Source: a virus (lineage: Duplodnaviria > Caudoviricetes). From it: DNA of 54,190 nt. The first letter of the stretch is position 1. Each line of letters opens with the position of its first letter. Shown here piece after piece: positions 39,101 through 46,548 of this stretch. The notes beneath the pieces were generated by a model, which saw only the letters and a program-made list of their open reading frames with translations, had not been told where the DNA came from and did not search any database. The stretch is taken from positions 1-54,190 of the IMG/VR virus record IMGVR_UViG_3300031605_000003. One strand, given 5' to 3'. The position numbers and the translations under genes were made by a program.

Positions 39101-42100
39101 CATCAGCTGATACAGGCGGATGGAAATTGTATTGCAAAAAAATTACCGAATGGGATAATATCGGAACTGAAAACGGTACAATTAGATTATCAACAAAACT
39201 TTATGATTATTCGCAAGATGCAACTGGATTTGCAGATGCTGATAATTTTGATGATAACTTCTTTGATCAAGAACCTGCAATAGAAACTCGTAAAATATTA
39301 ACAGCATTAAGAGACAATTTATTTGTAAACAATCTTGCAGTAGAATACAATACATTATTTTTTATTGGATTAAGAAGAGTGTTATCGGAACAAACTTATG
39401 TAGACTGGGTGTTTAAAACATCTTTTATTAATGCAAAAAATTCTGTAAGAACATTAGATCAAAGAAAAACATATACAGCAGGTACAGACAGTTGGATTGA
39501 AAGTTATATTAACGAAGTTAAACCTTTCCATACAAAATTACGAGAATATAAATTAGGATACACAGCATCTGAAATCGAAGACGTAGTATCTACAGACTTT
39601 GATAATCCACCTTTCTATGATACAACAACAGGTGCAATTAGAAATTTAAACATATCTGGTGATACCGGAAAGCAAACAGAATATCCTCATAAATTTTGGA
39701 GTGAATATTATAAAAAACACGTAGCAACAATTACAATATTTAAAGCAGGATCAGGGTATACAAAAATTCCAACAGTTACAATATTAGGCGGAACAATAGG
39801 CAGTACAGGTCCATTCCAAATATATGATACAGCATCAGCAGGAGTAAGTTCAGGGTCATTAGGATATTACTATCCACTGTACACATCAAAAGCACTAGCA
39901 AATATTGCCGATACACAAAACAGTGGATCAGGTACATCTAGAGAATTTACGTTTAATAGTCTTTCTGGAAAGTTTTATCAACCAACTTCAAATACAACAT
40001 ACGCACAAACGTTACAGTCCGGAACGTATAAAATGTATACAACACCAACTACAACAGCGGCAACAGCCACAGCAATTATTAAAAATGGGTCAGTGTCAGC
40101 AATTACAGTAACCGGTATAGGTGCAAATTATACAACAACTCCAACAGTAATGATTACAGGTGGAAAAGATGATGGCACAAATCCTACAGATCAGGCTAAA
40201 GCATATGCAAATTTAAACAACGACCTTGTAAGAGACTTTAGTACAACAGTTAAATTTGATAGAATATCAGCTACAAGTTCTGTTGTTGATTGGTTGGCAT
40301 TATCTAGTTACGCTTATGGAGATTTAATTAGATATAAAAATCAATTATACAAAGCAACAAGTGCCTTTATTGCAACATCAGATTTTGATGATAACTTAGA
40401 TGATGTATATAAAGTGTATGGAGACGAAACAGGATTATCAGCCGCAGACAGAACAAAAGGTTTCTATACGCCAACTTCTGGAATGGCGGGGAACGAACTA
40501 TCACAAGTTATGTCGGGTGTTGATTATGGTGGAACGATGGTTACAGGATTATTATTCTCACAAGGGCAAGGATGGGATAAAGCAGGTTGGTATGATTATG
40601 CCTGGGACTCTCATGGAGCAACAAAAATTAAAAAGTTTTATGGAGACGGTATTACAGTTGCATTTACATTTACATCAGCACCAGCTACTACTGAAGTTTT
40701 CCAGGTCTATATTAATAGTGTAAAACAAACAGACGTAGTTAAAGGCGACGGGTCAACAAAAACATTTACATTAAGTTCAGCACCAGCAGACGGAGTTTTA
40801 GTTGAGTTTATACCATTTGATGATGACGGTGTATTAACACCAACTGATGATAGAACATTAGATTCAATTGTTAAAGGCGGATTATTTAATTCAGCTTTAG
40901 GAACAGCGCCATCAGATATACTAATGGAAGGAGATGATTTTATTTCTCCTGAAACAAGTTATGCTCCAGAAGAAGCAGTTCCAGGACAAATGTTTGATAC
41001 AGTAGATATAAAAGTTTATACATCACCAGAATCAGGTGCACCATTTATTACAACAAAAAATTACCTAGTTGATAGTTCAACAACAACGTTCTCAACAGGA
41101 GAACATCCAGGAACATTAGCATCTGTTACAGTATCAGTGGACGGAGTAACTAAAAAAATTACAACAGATTATACAATTAATGTACAAAATAAAACAATTA
41201 CATTTAACATAGCACCAGCAACTAATAGTAACGTATCAATTAGAACGTTTGCAATATCAGGAGAAAATTATAGAGTTTTAGATACGTACACAGGAGATGG
41301 TAGTACAGTTGCATACATAACATCAACAAGAGAAAATTTTAATTTAGATTCTAGTAATTCACAAATTTATATTACAATTAATGGTATACCAGAGACAGCA
41401 TACACAACATCGTCATTAGGAAAATTATTAACTGTTACATTTAATTCTGCTCCGGCGGCAAATGCTTATGTTCAAGTTGCAGGATTTAATCAAACATCGG
41501 CAACAAGAGCGTATGCTCAAATTATGTCAAATACAATTACATATGATGGATCAACAGACAGATATACTTTAACATATCCACCAGGAGCAATTGGTCCTTA
41601 TTCAGGATTAACTATGATTGAACTTAATGGAAAAATGTTAAGAGGACCCGACAACACATATTATTTAGGTGATGGAAGTACATACAATTATGGTGTAGTA
41701 ACAGGCTTGGGCGACGACTCAACAGTAGATCCATCAAAAACTATTTCATCAGCAACTGATGTACAAGTATTTGTAAACGGAGTACAAAAAATATTAAACA
41801 CTGATTACACAGTTGATATTGGAGCACAAACAGTTTCAATGGTAACAGCACCAACAGTAACAGATGTAATTGCAATATCAACATTAGTTGATAATCATTA
41901 TTATAATGAAGGCAATGATATAATTTTAATTCCAAGTAGAATAACAAGTCCTTATAGTTTATCTGCAAGTGATATTATAACAGTAACAACATTTAATAAT
42001 GCACTTGGTACAAAATTAAGAAGAGAAGTGCTAGAAGGCAAATCAAACGGAATATTTAAATTAAGATTTGATCCGTTAAATTCAGATTACACAACAGTCT

Positions 42101-42897
42101 GGTTGAACGGAACACAATTAATAGAAGGACATGATTATCTATTATCAGGAAGTACAATAACAGTTGTAGGAAAAACGATAACAGCATCAGATAGATTAGA
42201 TGTAATGTATTTTGCCTTAGGATCAGCAACAAGTGCCACAGGATTTAGAATATTTAAAGATATGTTGAATAGAACATTCTACAAACGTATCTCCAAAACA
42301 AATACAACTGCAATAGCAAACGACATTATGCCAGAATCGTCTACGATTCAAGTTGTAGATGGAACAAAATTACCCGAAGTAACTGGAACAACGCCAGGAG
42401 TTATCTTTGTTGATAAAGAAAGAATAGAATACTTTATTAAATCAGGAGATACATTATCTCAATTAAGAAGAGGTACTTTAGGAACAGGAATTAAGGAGCA
42501 TAGTTCAGGAGCGGAAATTGTAGACGCATCTGGAACTCAAACTATCCCTTATGCTGATACAGTATATACTGACACTTATACAGGTGATGGTAGTACAGTA
42601 CAGTTTACTACAACAAAAACTGTAACCTCAGCTAGTCAATTAGACATATTCATTGGTGGCCAACGATTGTTGTTGACTAGCGAGGACGGTTCAACTATTA
42701 ACTATTCAGCGTCTGGAACAAATGTAACTTTAAGCACAATACCAGCATCTGGGACACAAGTTAAGATATTACACAAGAAAGGACAGGTCTGGTATACAGG
42801 GTTAGACGGTAATCCTGCTGACGGTAAAGGATTACAAGCATCAACAACTCAACAAGCTAAATTCATAGCAACGGAGCCAACAAATGCACCTGAATAA
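30103..42897 (+). CDS. Giant baseplate wedge/structural protein (gp7-like, 4264 aa)
   Basis: Follows gp6. Contains EVKPFHTKLR, an FG-GAP-like propeller, GSGYT..PTV repeats, GDGST..F / DYT beta-sandwich repeats and C-terminal LRRGTLGT. Confidence 0.75.
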   Translation: MADTPINSRSDQEVVVQNGVELRRTIAHLPAFYRTDANTRFLSSTLDPLIQKGALERLDGYIGKQDAYTRKLTDTYVSATNRDRMSYQLEPTVTYTDKDTTSINPEDQVQFTGTYDDYINQIKYFGGNIENHDRLNKENVYAWNPAIDLDKLVNYREYFWMPEGPNAITIDSVGPSAAIEIDVTAWPNDGSTTKAWKFGTKASETNPQIKLYKGNTYKFKVDALGHPFHLMTEPYKDGSSNLFYTTGVTNAGTDKGTVTFTVPTDAPNVLYYQCGNHDSMYGIFTLDTVSSTTKINVADNILGTRNYALRTLNLSNGMKIKFEANVTDSTYAGNEYYVEGVGDSITLTNIESLMTPESYATETTILYGSTAYDSRPYAKAFYRPETKDYITIKRDSRDQNAWSRYNRWFHKSVINATAKANGFTPTLIESDRAKRPIIEFDSGLALYDHGTVAKTSVTLFDTTTTDAFSTVVKQTGYIVDGITIANGMRVVFSADTDTLVKNKIYVVNFVQAGDSTSVINLTEATDSVPADNESIFIEFGTKNQGKTYYYNKATTTWNSGQTKIKINQTPLFGMWDNDHISFDDATAYPNSSFKGAKVFEYKISNTATTDTVLGLKVKYNTINNVGDLVFDSDHTAGSFTYRIGNATNTKKLSEGHLHYTTSLTTHNSKGAWVKRLVESKQRVIRTVVVDDSEKQLFPIDFYKDSVSLTDLEVSVSVNGIRKNLTTDYTLVDGTVNKYVKFVKELTVGDQLKLEGYSKVKKIVGKGIYEVPENLSVNPLNVHLGTFTYGQVLGHVKNIFSKNTNLTGSMPGESSLRDNPDADLIGGLILQHEGTLLPAVFGLIDQESNVLMAIDYCNHEYEKFYNAFLTHGTGTAYEGLVADRVDEIITKINQGKTVTSPFFYEDMIGVGENYSLRTYTVPDPSETEYAIDSLHIMTTTNNRAVYVYKNDVQLILGTDYTVSTTDDSVNILSTLVTGDIIKIRDYSDTTGSYVPPTPSKLGLYPAFKPESFTDDTYVTNITAIRRHDGSIIKAYGDERDELIIELEKRIYNNIKTSYDSTLLDIGDVIPSGFTATEYTLDETNKILGPDFYVWAGRNGVQYINNTTFKDGSPFTYNYSASTDRISSASLPGHWRGIYNYFYDTDSPHIRPWEMLGHSVKPSTWESTYGTAPYTSGNTVLWEAVAVQPGRYGKPNITSYIPVDASGNLLDPLAARLVENFDIPGRNRAWKFGDQGPAETAWRKSSSYPFTVIKMLAVTKPAKFFNLFFDNSRLTKNASNNLISTDTLIRQNLSTAKYHLETSTDSQTGVVTRYTTAGYQPFVVNYLSSKTLDPNVFFYTKMKGLNVQLAYKLGGFTDKNNLKVLTDSVSPGSASGSKFIPDENYKILFRTSNPVNSLHYSGVLIEKNTDLSVDGSTLTGGYKVLGYSTTKPFFNFYWPVKNITSEKISVAGAEALTYSNYDKAVQTIPYGHVFDTRQEVVDFLMGYGKWLGTQGFIFDKFSNELKEVLTWKTSVSEFLFWTTQEWTAGSAITVSPGAEGFQLDTENSIVGKLKNLAGDYSLLDAGGRKINIKDISTKRLGKTFDITINDPATGLYNVALNTVQKEHILLFDNKTVFSDIIYEPYTGYRQARLKLVGWKTSNWNGDYYAPGFMFDTAQVTYWVKNTDYKIGDTIEYQGKFYVSKVNHNSSTTFINESWMQKDEKPAPQLIPNFDYKISRFNDFYSLESNNFDESQQSLAQHLIGYQSRDYLENLFVNDISQYKFYQGYIQEKGTQNAIDKLLKAKYEEQDISLDLYPEWMIRTADFGNTDSKESIQITLDDDTYTANSQSIELYDTSNESQQYARSVYVDKNILYTKPVEYTASTTFSRYNYTTTGIDRDFVQVYKTAGYPQLTQVQHTAYDITDLLNLDVNSVTANDLIWVANKSNLDWDVFRLTTVDYKIAYMKAINSKTQLEITFTNSHGLTAGSTTSLPDYFAIASSQSTELNSVYLVQSVPSHKTVVIDYTGSTAFMPTLEDGSTADSFGNVYKFTSVRISSMNNVNDMLSYSDYNDLNDSILKEGDKVFADADASGLWRVYEKQDPNTQIKMLSPSMVADQGFGYSVVARNDGRTVVVAAPSTGQGTIHFLFRRESTAGTSFLTTASLTTTAGNDNTGKLGYSLSMSTDENFVVAGGPYTNSLGSDGSTRFNNAGLIKMFVWDITTFKYGTLSTITPPTDEANQHFGWAHKICEPTVSSLRATPIKYMFVSAPGLTTDTGRVYMYEWGVGADGSTYDTWTQCLTIDSAVAGTGKKFGQALASNDNGDILAVRSKAPGQAGMVEIFVRTTQSSDDSTQHAFTLAQTLTGISNDGSSLNREFGQSLTMNKDGTILIIGAPGADKTEQADAGKIYYYKWNVDGSTNTYTLQQTIEAPDTQVNMRFGSSLDINDSGTRIVIGAEKFSNSREHKFDAGETTFDLQDTRFVDENIGSGGAYTATMYNTEFVIDDRLITTSVSPGDDFGRGICIIDQSVLVGAPEDDGNLSSDGSSIVSNDGTVTCFDLTTDNTYAWKQIAYETALIDDNKLGQVFDFNKDSKQILNYFDLYDPIKGRILGIADREINIKTVYDPASYNYGENIRGEIAWAEDHIGKIWWDLSTVKWLWYEQGDQEFKINNWGKVFPGSSIDIYEWVESTMLPSEWNAMSTSINVGTSANTTGSPQHIDDTRYTVKQKYSSALDGFVNYYYYWVKNKQTMPTNSVVIRKNTAAFIATIILNPQHSDIRHYSVTDNNKLLVFGAKQDLSNDEVVLNIDIRTNTFEGEAHSVWKLAREGDKDFRPGTQIETRWWDSLIGTNNAGDIVPDLNLPINVKYGNRVRPRQSWYVNRFDALKEIIDYANSVLKGNQLTGIINLDNLNAAETEPTAQSLEWDEKVDTYAELTYINTNDISGTANYLVQADETVNGFWAIYKWNGTNWARTKVQTYNTANYWSYINWYKDGYNENTQIDKQVTYQYELDTLELGVGKIVKVTSADTGGWKLYCKKITEWDNIGTENGTIRLSTKLYDYSQDATGFADADNFDDNFFDQEPAIETRKILTALRDNLFVNNLAVEYNTLFFIGLRRVLSEQTYVDWVFKTSFINAKNSVRTLDQRKTYTAGTDSWIESYINEVKPFHTKLREYKLGYTASEIEDVVSTDFDNPPFYDTTTGAIRNLNISGDTGKQTEYPHKFWSEYYKKHVATITIFKAGSGYTKIPTVTILGGTIGSTGPFQIYDTASAGVSSGSLGYYYPLYTSKALANIADTQNSGSGTSREFTFNSLSGKFYQPTSNTTYAQTLQSGTYKMYTTPTTTAATATAIIKNGSVSAITVTGIGANYTTTPTVMITGGKDDGTNPTDQAKAYANLNNDLVRDFSTTVKFDRISATSSVVDWLALSSYAYGDLIRYKNQLYKATSAFIATSDFDDNLDDVYKVYGDETGLSAADRTKGFYTPTSGMAGNELSQVMSGVDYGGTMVTGLLFSQGQGWDKAGWYDYAWDSHGATKIKKFYGDGITVAFTFTSAPATTEVFQVYINSVKQTDVVKGDGSTKTFTLSSAPADGVLVEFIPFDDDGVLTPTDDRTLDSIVKGGLFNSALGTAPSDILMEGDDFISPETSYAPEEAVPGQMFDTVDIKVYTSPESGAPFITTKNYLVDSSTTTFSTGEHPGTLASVTVSVDGVTKKITTDYTINVQNKTITFNIAPATNSNVSIRTFAISGENYRVLDTYTGDGSTVAYITSTRENFNLDSSNSQIYITINGIPETAYTTSSLGKLLTVTFNSAPAANAYVQVAGFNQTSATRAYAQIMSNTITYDGSTDRYTLTYPPGAIGPYSGLTMIELNGKMLRGPDNTYYLGDGSTYNYGVVTGLGDDSTVDPSKTISSATDVQVFVNGVQKILNTDYTVDIGAQTVSMVTAPTVTDVIAISTLVDNHYYNEGNDIILIPSRITSPYSLSASDIITVTTFNNALGTKLRREVLEGKSNGIFKLRFDPLNSDYTTVWLNGTQLIEGHDYLLSGSTITVVGKTITASDRLDVMYFALGSATSATGFRIFKDMLNRTFYKRISKTNTTAIANDIMPESSTIQVVDGTKLPEVTGTTPGVIFVDKERIEYFIKSGDTLSQLRRGTLGTGIKEHSSGAEIVDASGTQTIPYADTVYTDTYTGDGSTVQFTTTKTVTSASQLDIFIGGQRLLLTSEDGSTINYSASGTNVTLSTIPASGTQVKILHKKGQVWYTGLDGNPADGKGLQASTTQQAKFIATEPTNAPE

Positions 42898-42907
42898 ATA
42901 CAATAAG

Positions 42908-43633
42908 ATGACAGAAGAAATTAAACAAAACGAGCATAAAGAAGAAATCAAAAAACCACAGGATAACAGTGGTGTTATGATGACTGGACACATTAAAATA
43001 TCTGATCCAGAAACAGGTGAAGTAATAGTAGATAAAAGTAATGCTATCCACTATGAAAATATGTCTACGGCATTAGCAAATTCATTAGCAAATAAAACAA
43101 CAGGATTTGTACACGAAATGGCATTTGGAAATGGTGGAACGTCAGTTGATCCAACAGGAATTATAACTTATCTAACGCCAAATTCAACAGGTACAAGTGC
43201 AACATTGTACAATCAAACATATTATAAAGTAGTAGATGATAATTCATCTACTAATAAAGACACTACAAGAAATAAAATGGAAGTAAGACACACAGCAGGT
43301 AACAAGTACACTGATATAGTTGTAACTTGTACATTAGATTATGGTGAGCCTACTGGACAATCAGCATTTGATAACACAACAAATTTTAATGGTGATTATG
43401 TGTTTGACGAACTAGGATTAAAAAGTTGGGAAGGAACGGAAAACGGGTCAACAAACAAATTGTTAACACACGTTGTATTCCACCCGGTACAGAAATCATT
43501 AAACAGATTAATACAAATCGATTATACTTTAAGAGTACAGTCATTAACAACATTCACTGAAACAAGTTCAACAGCAATAAGCACATCAAATACTGTAAGC
43601 GGAACAACAGCAGGTAGTAACACAGGATACTAA
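42908..43633 (+). CDS. Virion/baseplate protein
   Basis: ATAAATA box 7 nt before ATG 42908 favours this start over 42884; FDELGL, LLTHVVFHPVQKS motifs. Confidence 0.7.
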   Translation: MTEEIKQNEHKEEIKKPQDNSGVMMTGHIKISDPETGEVIVDKSNAIHYENMSTALANSLANKTTGFVHEMAFGNGGTSVDPTGIITYLTPNSTGTSATLYNQTYYKVVDDNSSTNKDTTRNKMEVRHTAGNKYTDIVVTCTLDYGEPTGQSAFDNTTNFNGDYVFDELGLKSWEGTENGSTNKLLTHVVFHPVQKSLNRLIQIDYTLRVQSLTTFTETSSTAISTSNTVSGTTAGSNTGY

Positions 43634-43635
43634 GA

Positions 43636-45135
43636 ATGGCATACACAGTAAACAAAACAAATAGTTCAGCATCTCCAAACCAGTATACGGTACAAGATGG
43701 GGTTGTCAATACACAAACTGATTTAAGTTTAATTGGAAAAGGCTATTCGGGTTATGGTGAGAGTATTGCAGAAAACTTTTTACACTTATTAGAAAACTTT
43801 TCAAACACAACTGAGCCAACGAAACCAGTTATTGGACAACTTTGGTTCGACTCGTCAAGCTCAAGAATAAAAGTTTACAACGGATCATTATGGGCACCAT
43901 TAGGTGGAGCATCTTTTCAATCAACTGCACCTGCATCGCAAGTGTCAGGAGATATTTGGATAGACTCAGATACTGGTCAAATGTTTTTTTATAACGGAAC
44001 AACAAATATTTTAGTAGGTCCACCAGCTGGTACAGGAACAACAAACGGATTTACATATGATGCAATATTAGACGCAACTGATTCTTCTAAAAATATTACA
44101 AAATGGTACAATGACGGAAGTTTAGTTGCAATAATTTCTGATTCAACATTTACACCAAAAGCTACAATTTCAGGTTTTGCAACAGTTAAAAAAGGAATAA
44201 CACTTTCAACTGCAATAACAGATTTTAAATTTCAAGGAACATCATCAGACTCAGATGCATTAGGCGGAGTTACCGCGGCAAATTTTTTGAGATCAAATGC
44301 TAATGATACAACAACAGGTACATTAGGTATTGTAACTGACTCAGGTATGACAGTTGGAACAGATAGTGATATATCTATAACAGTTGACGGTACTGGAGCA
44401 ATTATTGCCAATACAATACAAGATACAGATATTACGTTTAAAGTTAATAATGGAGGTGTTACTACAACAGTAATGACTTTAGATGGGTCTGAAGCAAGGA
44501 TAGGAATTGGAACAACAATACCTAGTACAAAATTAGAAGTAGCAGGTACAGTTACAGCAACAACATTTGCAGGAGCATTAACAGGAAACGTAACAGGAAA
44601 CGTTACAGGTACAGCAAGTTTAGATATGCCTTTAGCAGGTGGTACACTAACAGGAACATTAACATCTTTAAATATTCTTCCAGCGGCAAATACAACATAC
44701 GATATTGGATCTTCAAGTTATGGATACAACACAGTTTACGCCAAAGCAACATCGGCGCAATATGCTGATTTGGCTGAGAAATATGAAACAGACTCTACGT
44801 ATGACGTAGGTACAGTTGTTATATTTGGTGGAGAAAAAGAAATTACAAAATCAACAATAGCAAATGATTCAAGAGTTGCAGGTGTTATAAGTGAAGATCC
44901 TGCATACTTAATGAATAATTCTTCTGAAGGTCAAGCAGTAGCACTTGTAGGAAAAGTTAAGTGTAAAGTGCATGGCAATATTTCAAAAGGTGATTTGTTA
45001 ACTACTTGTGGAGACCACCCAGGATGTGCCAAAAAAGCAATCAATCCTGTATTGGGTTCTATTGTAGGAAAAGCAATGGAAAATAACGAAACAGCAAAAG
45101 AAAACACTATTTTAATAAGTGTAGGGAGACTATAA
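43636..45135 (+). CDS. Tail fibre / baseplate-attached protein with C-terminal autocleaving chaperone-like domain
   Basis: MAYTVNKT..GKGYSGYGE..ENF..GQLWFD N-terminus; C-terminal YADLAEKY...VAGVIS..PAYLMN..VALVG (peptidase G2-like). Confidence 0.7.
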   Translation: MAYTVNKTNSSASPNQYTVQDGVVNTQTDLSLIGKGYSGYGESIAENFLHLLENFSNTTEPTKPVIGQLWFDSSSSRIKVYNGSLWAPLGGASFQSTAPASQVSGDIWIDSDTGQMFFYNGTTNILVGPPAGTGTTNGFTYDAILDATDSSKNITKWYNDGSLVAIISDSTFTPKATISGFATVKKGITLSTAITDFKFQGTSSDSDALGGVTAANFLRSNANDTTTGTLGIVTDSGMTVGTDSDISITVDGTGAIIANTIQDTDITFKVNNGGVTTTVMTLDGSEARIGIGTTIPSTKLEVAGTVTATTFAGALTGNVTGNVTGTASLDMPLAGGTLTGTLTSLNILPAANTTYDIGSSSYGYNTVYAKATSAQYADLAEKYETDSTYDVGTVVIFGGEKEITKSTIANDSRVAGVISEDPAYLMNNSSEGQAVALVGKVKCKVHGNISKGDLLTTCGDHPGCAKKAINPVLGSIVGKAMENNETAKENTILISVGRL

Positions 45136-45138
45136 ATA
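45131..45138 (+). promoter_or_regulatory. Late promoter TATAAATA overlapping the upstream stop codon
   Basis: Exact consensus. Confidence 0.75.
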
Positions 45139-45151
45139 CTGGTATAATATT

Positions 45152-46543
45152 ATGGCATATACAATAAACAAAACAGACGGCTCAGTAATAGCTACAATAA
45201 CAGATGGAACAGTAGATAATAGTACATCATTAGCACTGTTTGGAAAATCTTATTCAGGCTTTGGTGAACATTTAAATGAAAATCTTGTTAAGCTACTAGA
45301 GAGTTCAGCTTCAACGGCACAACCAACAGCACCATTAAAAGGTGAGTTATGGTTTGATACAACAACAAATCAAATAAAAGTTTACGATGGTACATCATTT
45401 AAACCAACTGGTGGTGCAAAATCTCAAACAACTCAACCAAGTTCTGCATCAGCAGGTGATTTATTTCATGATACTGATGATGATCAAATATATTTTTATA
45501 CTGGTAGTGCTTGGCAATTATTAGGTCCAGTTTTTTCAAAAGGACAAACGTTATCAGGATGGAAGGTAGAAACACTTGGAAGCTCAGGTGGAAATAAAGT
45601 TGTATCTTCAATGTATGCAAATAGTACAAGAGTTGCAATTTTATCAAAAGAAACATTTACACCAACAGTAACACAAACAGGATTTGCTTCAATTAAAGCA
45701 GGACTAACATTAAATTCAAGTTTAGGTGCAGTGTTTGATGGAACAACTACTTCAGCAACAGCTTTGGATGTATCAGGAACAACTAATACTTCAAGCTCAA
45801 TAATTGCAGGTGGAAACTTTTTAAGAGCAGATGCGGCAGATACAACAACTGGTGCAATTACAATTGATGCAGACACAGGATTAATTGTAGGAGATGCACA
45901 AGAATTTTCAATTTCAGTAGCAAGTAATAATGTAACACTTGCACAAGGATCACAAGATAAAGACATTAGTATTACAACAAACACTGGTGGAACACCCACA
46001 ACTAGATTAGCAATTACAGGCGCCAGCGGTGCAATGGCACTTACAGGTAACGTTACAATTACAGGAAATTTAACAGTTTCAGGAGAATACGATACTGCTT
46101 CATCAAACGTATCAACATATGATGATGCATTTATTAAAGTAAACACAGGTAACTCAGAAGCAGATGCAGGATTGATTGTTGATACCAGTGATACTGATGA
46201 TGCAAGATTATTTTATCAAGTTTCGACAAATAATTGGGTAGCTGGAGAAAATCAAACATACTCTCAAGTTATTACATTAGCAGATGCAGTTACAGATGGT
46301 AATGCTACTAAATCAGCAGTATTAAAAACATCGGCGGCTGGACTAGTAACAGTAACTAACGTTTCGTTAGCGGCAGTTGGATCTATTACATACACTGATA
46401 CCTCAAATGTAAGTGTTCCGACAATTGGTGCAGTAGCCACTTTAAGTTTAAAATGGGGCGGATCATTAAAAACTGTTTCAACATCTAATCCAACAAGCGG
46501 TGATGGTAGCGACGGAGACTTTTGGTTTGTAAGGGAGAACTAA
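45152..46543 (+). CDS. Tail fibre-like paralogue
   Basis: Same MAYTINKT..GK.YSGFGE..NEN..GELWFD N-terminus; ends PTSGDGSDGDFWF. Confidence 0.7.
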   Translation: MAYTINKTDGSVIATITDGTVDNSTSLALFGKSYSGFGEHLNENLVKLLESSASTAQPTAPLKGELWFDTTTNQIKVYDGTSFKPTGGAKSQTTQPSSASAGDLFHDTDDDQIYFYTGSAWQLLGPVFSKGQTLSGWKVETLGSSGGNKVVSSMYANSTRVAILSKETFTPTVTQTGFASIKAGLTLNSSLGAVFDGTTTSATALDVSGTTNTSSSIIAGGNFLRADAADTTTGAITIDADTGLIVGDAQEFSISVASNNVTLAQGSQDKDISITTNTGGTPTTRLAITGASGAMALTGNVTITGNLTVSGEYDTASSNVSTYDDAFIKVNTGNSEADAGLIVDTSDTDDARLFYQVSTNNWVAGENQTYSQVITLADAVTDGNATKSAVLKTSAAGLVTVTNVSLAAVGSITYTDTSNVSVPTIGAVATLSLKWGGSLKTVSTSNPTSGDGSDGDFWFVREN

Positions 46544-46548
46544 CCCTT

